A stretch of DNA of 64,000 bases, taken from the IMG/VR virus record IMGVR_UViG_3300021425_002093, positions 1-64,000 of that record; one strand, written 5' to 3'. The stretch is from a virus. Below are positions 1 to 9,854 of the stretch, one piece after another (positions within the stretch are counted from its first letter, which is position 1; each line of letters opens with the position of its first letter). The position numbers and the translations under genes are program-made. The notes beneath the pieces were generated by a model that saw only the letters and a list, made by a program, of their open reading frames with translations, did not search any database and was not told the DNA's origin.

Positions 1-1159
1 GATACGCCGCTTTGCGCATTTCAAACTCTTTGACCATCATATTCACAAGAGGCTTAGACTCAGCCATGAAAGCGTCAAACGCCTCTTGAGAGCGACAGAA
101 AACATCATCACCAAGATATTCACGACGAGCCGCAAGAATGTCTTTGTAGGAAACTAGCACCCTAGAGACATCTTCAGGCATCATTGGTTGAATGTAGACT
201 TTTGAATCGTCAACCAGACCGAGTTCGTTTTCATGCTGAGCAATGTCAGTACCGACCTCAGCAAGCGCCGCCGGACCTTTGCTATTAGACGCATTGTCCT
301 TCTCTTTCTCTCCGAGACCCTCAGGCTCTTCAGATTTTTCAGAAGGATCATCAGAAGGAGAACCAGACTCTTCAGTCTCTTCTCCAGCCTTGCTAGTGTC
401 ACTCTCACCGGACTCTTCAGACTCTTCAGAGCTTACGCCGTCTTCGGCGGACTCAGACGATTCTTCAGATTCATCAGGCTCAGCTTCACTCTCAGACGGA
501 GCGCTGACAGTAGAAGAAGAATCGTCAGGGCTTTCGCCTTCATCGTATTCTTCTCCAGCAGACTCAGCACTCTCGTGCGTATCAGAAACAATTGTGATTG
601 GGGACTCATTGGCTTCCTCTTTTTGTTTTTCTCGCAACCAGTCAGCGAGTTCTTTCACGACGATACGAACGTCTTCGAAAGTCTCCACCGACATGGCACG
701 ATTGAAATAATGCATTTCTTCTTCAGAGAATTCAATATCGACATGCTCACGGCCTTTAGCCTTGATGTTGAGTCGATCCATGAAATGCATTGCATTGAGA
801 TCTTGACCCTCAGTGCCGAAGATGTTGCGCTCGACAAGATCAAGATATCCACGAGAAAAGTTCCGAATCAGACCGGGGTACTTTTCAAGGATTTTCTTTT
901 CGATTCGAATGTCTTCAACGACATTGACGAATGAGAATGGAACACCCTCAACGGCGAGATTTTCACGTGGAGTCCAAAGAGCATGAGCAACTTCATGACC
1001 CACGAGAAGATCATAGACATCAGTACTCATCTCTTTCCACATAGGGAGTTGGAGAACACGAGTCTCGACGTTAAAGGAGGCTGTTTTATAGTTGCCCTGA
1101 ATTACTTGGATATTCTCGTTAGCGAGCAAGCGGGCAAGAATGGATTTGTTTGTAAACAT
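1..1159 (-). CDS. T4-like phage HExxH metallopeptidase / CobT-like protein (runs off window start)
   Basis: Not in ORF track. ATG at 1159 gives MFTNKSILARLLANENIQVIQGNYKTASFNVETRVLQLPMWKEMSTDVYDLLVGHEVAHALWTP; the same frame at the window edge reads VNMMVKEFEMRKAAY, with an S/E-rich linker between. Confidence 0.8.
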   Translation of the reverse strand, partial: MFTNKSILARLLANENIQVIQGNYKTASFNVETRVLQLPMWKEMSTDVYDLLVGHEVAHALWTPRENLAVEGVPFSFVNVVEDIRIEKKILEKYPGLIRNFSRGYLDLVERNIFGTEGQDLNAMHFMDRLNIKAKGREHVDIEFSEEEMHYFNRAMSVETFEDVRIVVKELADWLREKQKEEANESPITIVSDTHESAESAGEEYDEGESPDDSSSTVSAPSESEAEPDESEESSESAEDGVSSEESEESGESDTSKAGEETEESGSPSDDPSEKSEEPEGLGEKEKDNASNSKGPAALAEVGTDIAQHENELGLVDDSKVYIQPMMPEDVSRVLVSYKDILAARREYLGDDVFCRSQEAFDAFMAESKPLVNMMVKEFEMRKAAY

Positions 1160-1258
1160 ACGGCCTCTCATCAAATTACAAGACAATTTTACGGGGTCTT
1201 GAGTCAAAATGGAAGGCTTTTTTTGTCCAAATCGGCGATTTTTTCACGAATTCTTAGA

Positions 1259-1654
1259 CTATTTCGCTATATGCTTATAACTTTTTGATATATAGTCCGA
1301 AATTGCCGCCCGAATAGCGTCTTCAGCGAGTACGCTACAATGGATCTTTACAGGCGGGAGGCATAGTTCTTCAGCAATTTGTGTATTGCGGATTTCTCCT
1401 GCTTCGTCAAGGGACTTTCCTCTAACCCATTCTGTGAGTAGTGACGAAGAAGCAATAGCACTGCCGCATCCGTAAGTTTTGAATTTAGCGTCTTCAATAA
1501 TTCCGTCATCCGATACTCTGATTTGCAGTCGCATAACGTCTCCACACGCAGGAGCGCCGACCATGCCTGTTCCGACATCTGGGTCATCCTCGGGGAGTTT
1601 ACCAACGTTTCTAGGATTCTCATAGTGATCTAGTACCTTTTCTGAATAGGCCAT
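1259..1654 (-). CDS. iscU: Fe-S cluster scaffold IscU
   Basis: MAYSEKVLDHYENPRNVG, APACGDVM, KTYGCGSAIASSS, PVKIHCSVLAEDAI. Confidence 0.97.
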   Translation of the reverse strand: MAYSEKVLDHYENPRNVGKLPEDDPDVGTGMVGAPACGDVMRLQIRVSDDGIIEDAKFKTYGCGSAIASSSLLTEWVRGKSLDEAGEIRNTQIAEELCLPPVKIHCSVLAEDAIRAAISDYISKSYKHIAK

Positions 1655-1791
1655 TTGCTGTTAATTATTTCCGTTGCTTTGTGTTTCCATATGTTCGGGA
1701 AGAGACCATGAACAAAGCAAACAAAAGCGAGTGTCCATGCTCTCCGTAAATGTTGGAAGTATGTAAATCCTTCTTCTTCCAAGTGATTCAT
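1630..1791 (-). CDS. 53-aa small membrane protein (DUF6356-like)
   Basis: MNHLEEEGFTYFQHLRRAWTLAFVCFVHGLFPNIW...; GAGGA RBS; below ORF-track cutoff. Confidence 0.6.
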   Translation of the reverse strand: MNHLEEEGFTYFQHLRRAWTLAFVCFVHGLFPNIWKHKATEIINSKWPIQKRY

Positions 1792-1800
1792 TGTTTCCTC

Positions 1801-4800
1801 TTATGTTGCTTCGATTTCGAAAGCAACTGTCTTTGTGGCGAGTATAGTATTCGGAGCATCTTTTAGTCTAACCTGCACAGTGAGATTTGCACCCCTAAAC
1901 CCTAAATTACCAACTTGCTTCTCTTTAGATATTCCAAATGTATAAGGAGTACTTCCTGTGAAGTTACCGAGATTAACCCAGTTCGGAACTAATGGATTGG
2001 TCGTAGTTGTTCCTACCATATCAGATTGAGTCAGACCCGCATCTAGACCAGTAGCGAATACATTAATTTGAAGATCTGAGTTGGCATATCCGCTTTTCCA
2101 TGTTCCGCCATTTCCAAAAACGCTAGAGCAACCCGCTGGAACAGAGAATTCTTCTAAGAACGTGCCACCATCATATAATCCAATGATCGCAAATACTTGA
2201 GTAGTTGCTGGACAACTAGAAGAAGAGGTTCCAAGGAGGGCTAAAGGTAATCCGCTAAAGTCTACCTCTATGGGATTCCCGACTTCATCAAGTGCTGTAT
2301 TTCGAGTCAAAGTAGTAGACAAGCTTACGCTTGTGCTATCGGTAGCAGTAGCATCCTGCGTAGATGTTATATCGACATTAAACGACCAGCTTTTATTAAT
2401 TAAAGTGTTTGCTGTGTTTGTTTGGGTAACCTCTGCTTCAATCACAACTCCCGCAGTATCACTTATTGTGGCAGTCGCTGTACTGCTAGTTACTGTAGTT
2501 CCATTTATTTTTAGTGTAGTTGGGTTCCCTGCTGTATTATTTGGATAGTTAATGCTACTTAGGTCTATTGTATAAGATTGTCCCGCAGGAACATTGGTTG
2601 GTAGCCAAGTTCCTACAGTAGTCCAATCTGGCGCTGGCGGATTCGCCGCTGTGCCAGTTGTTTGAACTTGTCCAGTTGGTAAGAATCTGATTTTGGCTCT
2701 CGCTTCTCTATCAGCAGGACTTTCAGTTGCTAAGGTTTGTTCAATACTTGTTCCGGACTCTGAATAAGGATCACTAGTAAATACAGGGGCTCCAGCCTTG
2801 ATGAATATCTGAGTACTTAAAATTCCGGAAGCATTTCCGTCATTATCATTGAATCGAACTTGACCCTGTAGTCCGTATAAGTAGTCACCAAGAGTAACGT
2901 TTCTAGGTTCGGTTAGCACGCCTTGTGCGTTTGGAGTAGCAGATACCCAAGGGGTGACAATATCATCGATTGTGGTTCCAAATTCCGGATCTCCAGAAAT
3001 CTGATGCCCCAAGTATCTGACTTCCCAAGTTGAATTGTTAATTCCGTTAGGATCAGTGATATCACCGATATAAACATATGCGTCCTCTGTATAGATACCA
3101 TTGAACGCATTACCTGCGATATCACTTAATATCGGATCACCCTCTGCAGCGCCATCCGTGATGTTATTCATCGTAACTGCAACCTCGCTAAGATTCGCTC
3201 CAAGAGTCGGACTTCTTACGATGAGTCTGAGTATGCCATCAGAGGTTAGCGACGAGTCTTCTATCGTGTTTACTGTAATCGTTGATTCATATCGCTGATT
3301 CGGCTCGCTGAATGTCCACACGATAGGATCTACAATTGTAGCAAGCGCCGTGTTATTATTGTCTGCTTCTGCCTGAGTATAGATTCCACCATCGCCGCCG
3401 TTGCCGACTTCAAGAGATCTAACTCGAAGTACTTCGTCGCCTTTGACGTTAGTACCAGTAATTGTTACATCGAAACTCGATCCTTCGTTCGCTGAAGTAG
3501 GACTGGTTAAGAAGAGCGCTGTAGGATCGGTGTTATTCAAATCAATTGTAAGTGATTGTGTCGCACCAGAATTAGAGCCAGTTACAGTAAACGTTAGATC
3601 GCCAATCTTATCAGCACCAGATGAGTATTCATTATCAATAGTTGTAGTAATATCTACATCAAATGCTGTTGCAATAACGCCAGCGGCATTTGCGGCTATC
3701 GACCCAGTTGCATTGGACACTTGTGAGAGAACTTGAGTAGATCCAGTGATCTCCCAATCATAAGTTTCAGCAACAGCATTTGCGACATCGAAGCTGAATC
3801 TAGTAATTTGACCTTCTTCGACTGAAGTATTATTATTCGTTACAGTGAAGTTTGTAGCGTTAGTGACTGTAACTGTATTTGAAACGATAGCGGACTCAAC
3901 ATTGTTAAACTGAGAATCACCAACAGCAGTTCCGATAGAATCCGTAACGACAACACTTACAGAGAAGTCTTTATCGACATCATTCGTAAGATTTGTTGTA
4001 TATGTATCAGTTGTCGCAATATTTCCACCAGTGGTTTGTACTACAACAGGATTTCCCCCACCGATGTCGCTTCGAGTCCATGTGTATGTGTAATCTGAGA
4101 TTCCGTCTCTGTCCGATATATTGCTAGCGTCAGCCAAGAGAGTTACACCAGGCGATAGTGGATCAGTTTCCGGCTCGGCTCTCAATTCTACAATTCCAGT
4201 TGCGGGGAAGTTTTGCGCTGGACCGAGTACATTACTAAATCCGTCATATTCAATGATACCTAGCCCGATTGCCGAAAGATCAAGCGTTTCAGTTGCTTTA
4301 AGTCTAATTTGGTCTCCACCGAATGCGTTAAACGCTGTTACTGTATATGTTGCATTATCTTCGCCTGGAATGTCTTGCCAAAAAGAACCCACTAGCCTCT
4401 GCCAGTTTACTGACGGATTTCCGGGTGGATTGAAAAAATATGTTACACTAGATGTTAGAGTAGATCCTTGATAAACATTTGGAGCATCATTGGGGTCTAA
4501 GAATATATCAACATATGGCTCGATTGAGAACGCCTCTACAGTTACAGAAGCTGATGTGAGTATTACTTCGTCGCCAGGTAGCGCACCATCTAGAAATTTA
4601 ACTTCAGCTTGCCATTCTTCTCCTACCGCACTAGCTGTGGCAGTGATACTAAGAACACCATTAACATTGGGATCACTTGAAGCTACAAACGCTTCACTTC
4701 CAGTTGGATTTGTCAAATTCGTCCACTTGACTTCCCAGCTTCCAGCGGCTATTCCGTCTGTGTCACTTATACCCGATACGTTGACATATAATTCACGTCC

Positions 4801-5067
4801 AGTATATACGTTAGGAATCACGACACCAACATCATCAGTAATGATAGGAAGTCCGGTTGCGGGAGTGTTCGCTTGTGTACCGTAGAACATGCTGAAGCTA
4901 ATTGCATCAGATGTGCTGATAGTTGTGTTTAGCGGGATGTCCGGAACAAAAGATCCACCACGATAATACTCAGAGAGAGACACTGGATTTGTTCCAGTGA
5001 ATTCACCCTGAATATCTTCTGCTAATCCCAATGAAGGATCTGGATCGTTTGATTGCTTAATAGTCAT
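1801..5067 (-). CDS. 1088-aa virion fibre/adhesin-like protein with repeated Ig-like domains
   Basis: N-terminal DIQGEFTGTNPVSLSEYYRGG phage-fibre motif; T/S/G/N-rich; three ISD.DGI-type repeats; late promoter upstream. Confidence 0.7.
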   Translation of the reverse strand: MTIKQSNDPDPSLGLAEDIQGEFTGTNPVSLSEYYRGGSFVPDIPLNTTISTSDAISFSMFYGTQANTPATGLPIITDDVGVVIPNVYTGRELYVNVSGISDTDGIAAGSWEVKWTNLTNPTGSEAFVASSDPNVNGVLSITATASAVGEEWQAEVKFLDGALPGDEVILTSASVTVEAFSIEPYVDIFLDPNDAPNVYQGSTLTSSVTYFFNPPGNPSVNWQRLVGSFWQDIPGEDNATYTVTAFNAFGGDQIRLKATETLDLSAIGLGIIEYDGFSNVLGPAQNFPATGIVELRAEPETDPLSPGVTLLADASNISDRDGISDYTYTWTRSDIGGGNPVVVQTTGGNIATTDTYTTNLTNDVDKDFSVSVVVTDSIGTAVGDSQFNNVESAIVSNTVTVTNATNFTVTNNNTSVEEGQITRFSFDVANAVAETYDWEITGSTQVLSQVSNATGSIAANAAGVIATAFDVDITTTIDNEYSSGADKIGDLTFTVTGSNSGATQSLTIDLNNTDPTALFLTSPTSANEGSSFDVTITGTNVKGDEVLRVRSLEVGNGGDGGIYTQAEADNNNTALATIVDPIVWTFSEPNQRYESTITVNTIEDSSLTSDGILRLIVRSPTLGANLSEVAVTMNNITDGAAEGDPILSDIAGNAFNGIYTEDAYVYIGDITDPNGINNSTWEVRYLGHQISGDPEFGTTIDDIVTPWVSATPNAQGVLTEPRNVTLGDYLYGLQGQVRFNDNDGNASGILSTQIFIKAGAPVFTSDPYSESGTSIEQTLATESPADREARAKIRFLPTGQVQTTGTAANPPAPDWTTVGTWLPTNVPAGQSYTIDLSSINYPNNTAGNPTTLKINGTTVTSSTATATISDTAGVVIEAEVTQTNTANTLINKSWSFNVDITSTQDATATDSTSVSLSTTLTRNTALDEVGNPIEVDFSGLPLALLGTSSSSCPATTQVFAIIGLYDGGTFLEEFSVPAGCSSVFGNGGTWKSGYANSDLQINVFATGLDAGLTQSDMVGTTTTNPLVPNWVNLGNFTGSTPYTFGISKEKQVGNLGFRGANLTVQVRLKDAPNTILATKTVAFEIEAT

Positions 5068-5096
5068 ATTAGCCTACGAGTGTAGAATCTTTTAAG

Positions 5097-5104
5097 TATT
5101 TATA
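5097..5104 (-). promoter_or_regulatory. T4-type late promoter
   Basis: TATAAATA about 30 nt upstream of the 1088-aa ORF. Confidence 0.8.
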
Positions 5105-5122
5105 AATGAGTACAATGACCAT

Positions 5123-6286
5123 TTAGATTTCCCGAGTCATGATGTCAATCGTATTAGAAATATCAGTTGCAATATTTCGAAACTCTTGTTCCGTTCGGCC
5201 TCTTGTTGTTTCTGCGGCTGTCCCAATTCGAATACCACTTGTGTATTTAGGAGGATTCGGATCGTTGGGTATGCCGTTTTTGTTGACTACAATTTTTAGA
5301 TTCATTTCAAGTCGATCAGCAAGATCTGAGCCGTAGATGTCTCGTGAAGAAAGATCGACTAAAATCATGTGACTATCCGTTCCGTTTGTGATAAGAGGAA
5401 TACCTCGCTCTCGAAACACATCACACATTGCTCTTGCGTTTTCTACGACAGCTTTAGAGTAAAGATGAAACGGCTCTTTTGATGCTTCATAGAAACATTG
5501 GGCCTTTGCGGCTACGTGATTCATCAACGGCCCACCTTGAGTGCCGGGGAATACAGCAGAGTTAATTTTTTTCGTGAACGTATTATCGTTCCAAAGAATC
5601 ATTCCACCTCGAGGCCCACGTAACGTTTTATGTGTTGTTGACGTTACGACATCTGCGTGAGGAATCGGACTAGGATATGCACCCCCTGCGATCAGACCCG
5701 AATAATGCGCCATATCGACTAAAAGGAGCGCTCCCACTTTATCAGCAATCTCTCTAAATTTTTCCCAGTCGATTCTGCGTGGATATGCGCTTGCACCAGC
5801 AATGATCATCTTAGGCTTGACTTGAGTTGCTTGAGATTCGATTTGATCGTAATCAAGAAATCCAGAATCATTGACACCATAGTGATAGAATTCATAAAGA
5901 CTACCCGAAATATTAACGGGAGCACCATGTGACAAGTGACCTCCGTGATCGAGTCTCATAGCAAGCACTTTATCACCATGATTTAGCAGGGCTGTCATTG
6001 CGGCTAGATTTGCATTTGCGCCTGAATGTGGCTGAACGTTTGAATACTCACATCGATAAACTTCTTTGAGCATCACCTTTGCATAACTTTCTACATCATC
6101 GTAGATTTCACATCCATTGTAATATCTTTGACCGGGATAGCCTTCAGCATACTTGTTTGTAAAAACAGATCCTGTAAGCTCTCGTACAGCGTCACTCGCA
6201 AAGTTCTCACTGGCTATCATCTGAAGGAAAGTTTCCTGTCTTTGCTCTTCAGCATTCATATACATCTTTAGCACATCATTAATCAT
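5123..6286 (-). CDS. glyA: serine hydroxymethyltransferase
   Basis: IASENF, NKYAEGYPG, GGHLSHG, DMAHYSG, STTHKTLRGPRGG (PLP lysine), SGIRIGT. Confidence 0.97.
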   Translation of the reverse strand: MINDVLKMYMNAEEQRQETFLQMIASENFASDAVRELTGSVFTNKYAEGYPGQRYYNGCEIYDDVESYAKVMLKEVYRCEYSNVQPHSGANANLAAMTALLNHGDKVLAMRLDHGGHLSHGAPVNISGSLYEFYHYGVNDSGFLDYDQIESQATQVKPKMIIAGASAYPRRIDWEKFREIADKVGALLLVDMAHYSGLIAGGAYPSPIPHADVVTSTTHKTLRGPRGGMILWNDNTFTKKINSAVFPGTQGGPLMNHVAAKAQCFYEASKEPFHLYSKAVVENARAMCDVFRERGIPLITNGTDSHMILVDLSSRDIYGSDLADRLEMNLKIVVNKNGIPNDPNPPKYTSGIRIGTAAETTRGRTEQEFRNIATDISNTIDIMTREI

Positions 6287-6331
6287 TCACCCGTCCTTGT
6301 ATTAGTTTTATCAGTTGTATAATATTTAGTT

Positions 6332-6493
6332 TCACCAGTTGTGTATTACGTTAGCCATGATGAAAAAACATGTAATAAAGTTGATCAAAACCACAAGGGT
6401 TCGAATCACTGCAACAATGTCATCGTAGTCAGCAGTCTTTTCATCTGAAAAACTACCAATGGCATATTTCCAAATTGTCCAAAGCTTTTTCAT
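6332..6493 (-). CDS. 53-aa small membrane protein typical of marine T4-like phages
   Basis: MKKLWTIWKYAIGSFSDEKTADYDDIVAVIRTLVVLINFITCFFIMANVIHNW. Confidence 0.7.
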   Translation of the reverse strand: MKKLWTIWKYAIGSFSDEKTADYDDIVAVIRTLVVLINFITCFFIMANVIHNW

Positions 6494-6502
6494 AACTAAA
6501 TC

Positions 6503-7711
6503 TCAGAATATACAAATAGCGTCTTCCGACACCTCACTCAGTTGAAAGAATGTCTCGGATGTATTTAGATCAAGATTGCTCATGTATGTTCTGACTCGAT
6601 TAAGCGAATACACAGCGTTTGTCTCCGGCGGTGGAAACAAAGAGAATGAATTTCCGTTATCGCCGTTAGCTACAATTCTACCGTCTGGAAGGGTAAATGT
6701 CAAGTCCGGATTGCTAAACATTTTCGTAGCTTCATCAGAATAACTCATGATTGTTCCATAGCCATTAAACACCGATCCATCACTATATGTTTCCGTTGTG
6801 TTCGGAATCACGTATCCTAAACTGAAGGGGAAGATTCCGTTTAAGTTAGACGTATTGTTTATATCATGCTCAAGACCTAGATTGTGACCAACCTCATGCA
6901 CGAACGTCTCATGCGCTCGATTATAGTATCTTAGATAATCAGGTTGAAAAACAGTGTTCTGATAGCATTGAACAATGCCGACCCGCTTTGATATGTCAGT
7001 CGAAGCATCAATGTATGCGGCTCCACAAAATTCTGGATTTTGTCTAGGATTTAGAAACACGTATGTAAGATCAGCGTTAGCCTCGATCATCCACGCATTA
7101 ACGTCTCTATATTCGTATCGTCGATCACCAAGATATCGAATGTTTGATCGAAGGCTTCTTGTCTGACTTAACTCTATTGTACGAATATCAGCAATAGAAA
7201 GTTTAATGAAAACACCCGAGTTTTCGAAAACAGAGTTTGCAAACTCAATCTCTCGCTCGACGAATGCTTCTTGCGTCAATCCTTCAGTGTCAAGGCGTGA
7301 GTCGATCAAAAACAAAATTTCAATCGTGTTCACATAGGTACTATCTTCACTGTAAGGAAAATTAACATCTGTTCGCTGAAGAATACCGTCGCAGTTCACG
7401 TAATCAAAGTTAGGATCATCAGTGAAAGAAAAGTCGCTTGGGCAACTTTCAGCGTATCCACATTCAACAGAGTTTTCTTCGATGACTTCTGTTTTGATAT
7501 CACCTTTGCCATTACGAACATCTTGAACGAGAGTAAGTAGAGAAGAAAAACGATCTTGTTCAGGGCTTGTAGAATCTACGCAATAGGGTTCACCAACTGG
7601 AGCGTATTCTACGCCAGTTAATGTCTCTTCAGTCTTTTCTTCTATCGGAGCAGATGAATCACAAGCAATCAACAATAGAAGAAAAGCCGTCACGACACAT
7701 CTAAAGATCAC
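6503..7711 (-). CDS. lipoprotein, reprolysin-like (metzincin) zinc metallopeptidase
   Basis: Lipobox LLIAC; HEVGHNLGLEHD; Met-turn TIMSY. Confidence 0.85.
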   Translation of the reverse strand: MIFRCVVTAFLLLLIACDSSAPIEEKTEETLTGVEYAPVGEPYCVDSTSPEQDRFSSLLTLVQDVRNGKGDIKTEVIEENSVECGYAESCPSDFSFTDDPNFDYVNCDGILQRTDVNFPYSEDSTYVNTIEILFLIDSRLDTEGLTQEAFVEREIEFANSVFENSGVFIKLSIADIRTIELSQTRSLRSNIRYLGDRRYEYRDVNAWMIEANADLTYVFLNPRQNPEFCGAAYIDASTDISKRVGIVQCYQNTVFQPDYLRYYNRAHETFVHEVGHNLGLEHDINNTSNLNGIFPFSLGYVIPNTTETYSDGSVFNGYGTIMSYSDEATKMFSNPDLTFTLPDGRIVANGDNGNSFSLFPPPETNAVYSLNRVRTYMSNLDLNTSETFFQLSEVSEDAICIF

Positions 7712-8052
7712 TCATTATTTATGATTTTAATGGCCGTGTGCCAAGGATCTTGACTTCGCCTTTTAAATCGTGAATCTAAGGAAGGAAATTTTTCCATATG
7801 ATGCTGTATCAGCCAATTAATTTCTTTGACCGCCTCAAACGGAAATCCCTGTCTTGATGACCGCCCCTCAGTTGGAGTGTAGCCAATCAAGTCTTCCATA
7901 TAATTCATGCACTCAGAAGATCCCCACATCGCAACAATCGTTTTTGCTACGTGAGGATATTCCCTGTCTAGAATACTTTTTTCATACGAAAAATGCTCCC
8001 CAAGTTCGGGGAGCATCCCTGATAAAGTGCCGTCTGGTTCAATATATAACAC
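7708..8052 (-). CDS. hypothetical protein
   Basis: 114-aa ORF coupled to its neighbour; YPHVAKTIVAMWG...RQGFP. Confidence 0.7.
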   Translation of the reverse strand: MLYIEPDGTLSGMLPELGEHFSYEKSILDREYPHVAKTIVAMWGSSECMNYMEDLIGYTPTEGRSSRQGFPFEAVKEINWLIQHHMEKFPSLDSRFKRRSQDPWHTAIKIINNE

Positions 8053-8075
8053 ATGACGATCCTTGTTGCTATGAC

Positions 8076-8600
8076 TTATGTATTTAGTAAATGTCGAAGT
8101 ATGTTTTCCGGAGAGCTTTCACCATAAGGATCATCTTCAGCGTTATCGCAGAAACCGGGTTCCGGAAAGAATGCTTCGATTACGCCGTCATTGACAATGG
8201 CCGCATATCGCCATGACCGCATACCAAAACCAAGATTGTCTTTGTCTACCAACATACCCATCTTACGAGCAAACTCTCCGCTTCCATCTGGAATGACTTG
8301 TACATGCTCAAGCCCTTGATCTTTTGCCCATGCATTCATTACAAACGAATCGTTAACAGACATGCAATAAATGGCGTCAATACCTTGCTCAACAAAATCT
8401 CCATATAGCTTCTCAAAGTTAGGAAGCTGATACGTCGAACATGTTGGAGTAAACGCACCCGGTAAACTGAACAGAATTGCTCGCTTACCAGCAAAATAAT
8501 CCGAAGTTTTGACATCTTGCCAACGATACGGATTATCTCCAAAAAGAGTTTCGTCTCTCACTCTTGTTCTAAAAGTTACATCAGGTAATACTTGTTTCAT
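8076..8600 (-). CDS. peroxiredoxin (Prx5/redoxin type)
   Basis: FSLPGAFTPTCSTYQLP, SVNDSFVMNAW, GFGMRSWRYA. Confidence 0.95.
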   Translation of the reverse strand: MKQVLPDVTFRTRVRDETLFGDNPYRWQDVKTSDYFAGKRAILFSLPGAFTPTCSTYQLPNFEKLYGDFVEQGIDAIYCMSVNDSFVMNAWAKDQGLEHVQVIPDGSGEFARKMGMLVDKDNLGFGMRSWRYAAIVNDGVIEAFFPEPGFCDNAEDDPYGESSPENILRHLLNT

Positions 8601-8804
8601 CTAGACTCCTTCTCTACGTACACAAATTAATTTTGTAATAGTTTCTTCCACGCATATTTGTGGTGCAACGCCTCTACCACCAGCGCATTTTACTCTTTTA
8701 TCTGGTATAGGCATATGCTTTACGCACATTCCCATTTCCTCTTCTTTCTCTGCTGTAACGCATCCCCCAAGTAGCAGTGAAAAAAGTATGCTTGACTTTT
8801 TCAT
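8601..8804 (-). CDS. small lipoprotein
   Basis: LLLGGC lipobox; AAGGAG RBS. Confidence 0.6.
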   Translation of the reverse strand: MKKSSILFSLLLGGCVTAEKEEEMGMCVKHMPIPDKRVKCAGGRGVAPQICVEETITKLICVRREGV

Positions 8805-8830
8805 AATTGCTCCTTGATTTTGCTTTGGAT

Positions 8831-9436
8831 TTACCAGCTTATCTCGATTCTTGAGTCACCGCTTTCATTCCAGTGATACTTACAACCACATTCTTCGATG
8901 ATTGGAAGAATCGATTTTAGGTTTTCAACACCTGTCTTGTCTCCACTGAAACAAAACAGTGATGAAGTTTGGGATTCTGGTGTGAGACAAAGAAAGCCAT
9001 CGACTGATCGATCAAATTCATCATCATCATACATGGTCTCCAATAAAGCAGGATTGTAACCATGACCACCACAATCTGGACACTCGTCATCATCGTCTTC
9101 GCCGACGTTTTCATTTAGATCTTCGTCGTAGACATATCCTTCACCGTCACACGTCTCACACTCCATCTCATCTTCGTACATATCAACTTCACAGTCTTGC
9201 GAGTGATTGAAGAGAACCTTATCAAGATCAACCTCGTCGGGGTATACCTCTTCGTACTCAGAGTATGACAATTTCTTGCCCGTTTCGGGATGTGCAAGAT
9301 AACCATCGTCATCGTAAACTGCGCCAAGATAACTAGGTAGACCACCCCATGCACAACTTTGACAGCAGGGTTCGTTCCAGCCTACATACCAACCTTCTTC
9401 TCTAAGGCGCTCTTGTAACTTTCGAAATCCGTTCAT
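8831..9436 (-). CDS. acidic hypothetical protein with CxxCxGxG zinc-finger motifs
   Basis: CCQSC, CETCDGEG, CPDCGGHG. Confidence 0.75.
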   Translation of the reverse strand: MNGFRKLQERLREEGWYVGWNEPCCQSCAWGGLPSYLGAVYDDDGYLAHPETGKKLSYSEYEEVYPDEVDLDKVLFNHSQDCEVDMYEDEMECETCDGEGYVYDEDLNENVGEDDDDECPDCGGHGYNPALLETMYDDDEFDRSVDGFLCLTPESQTSSLFCFSGDKTGVENLKSILPIIEECGCKYHWNESGDSRIEISW

Positions 9437-9648
9437 GACTCTTCCTCAACGATGTGTGCTATCGTATCCTTTGCGACTATGTATGTCTTACTATTGGATC
9501 TACCATTTAACGAAGATACATAGTTTCTAGATATGGGGAGAAAGACTCTACCGTCATTCATCATATCACTGAGACGTTGATCTGGATCCAAGTGAACTTC
9601 GCAGCAAGTCCACTTGGTCTCATTTTTCAAGATAACAGACACCTGCAT
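9433..9648 (-). CDS. small hypothetical protein, paralog of 24560-24763
   Basis: RLSDMMNDGRVFLPI versus RISDILNDERKFLPL. Confidence 0.7.
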   Translation of the reverse strand: MQVSVILKNETKWTCCEVHLDPDQRLSDMMNDGRVFLPISRNYVSSLNGRSNSKTYIVAKDTIAHIVEEES

Positions 9649-9854
9649 TACCTAGACTTCCTTGTCCGGATACCCAGAGCGACTTCGAGATTTTCAATCT
9701 CCCGATCTTTGCGTGTCTGCCACGCCTCCTGAGTACGAGGTTTACCCGTACTACGATAATTCTTTTCGAAGAACACAGAGTTCTTCAATCGATCAAGTGC
9801 GCCTTCACGACGACTTTTAATTACAGCACTACCTCTCATACTCGCTCTCCTCAT
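9648..9854 (-). CDS. hypothetical basic protein
   Basis: Tightly coupled minus-strand ORF. Confidence 0.6.
   Translation of the reverse strand: MRRASMRGSAVIKSRREGALDRLKNSVFFEKNYRSTGKPRTQEAWQTRKDREIENLEVALGIRTRKSR

Noticed and set aside
233-1288. Plus-strand ORFs of 233, 155 and 101 aa
   Set aside because: Antisense shadows of the minus-strand HExxH peptidase (1159 to the window edge); the Ser/Asp-rich look comes from its low-complexity linker.
2270-4885. Several plus-strand ORFs inside the 1088-aa gene
   Set aside because: Antisense frames of a long coding gene; no RBS or recognisable motifs.
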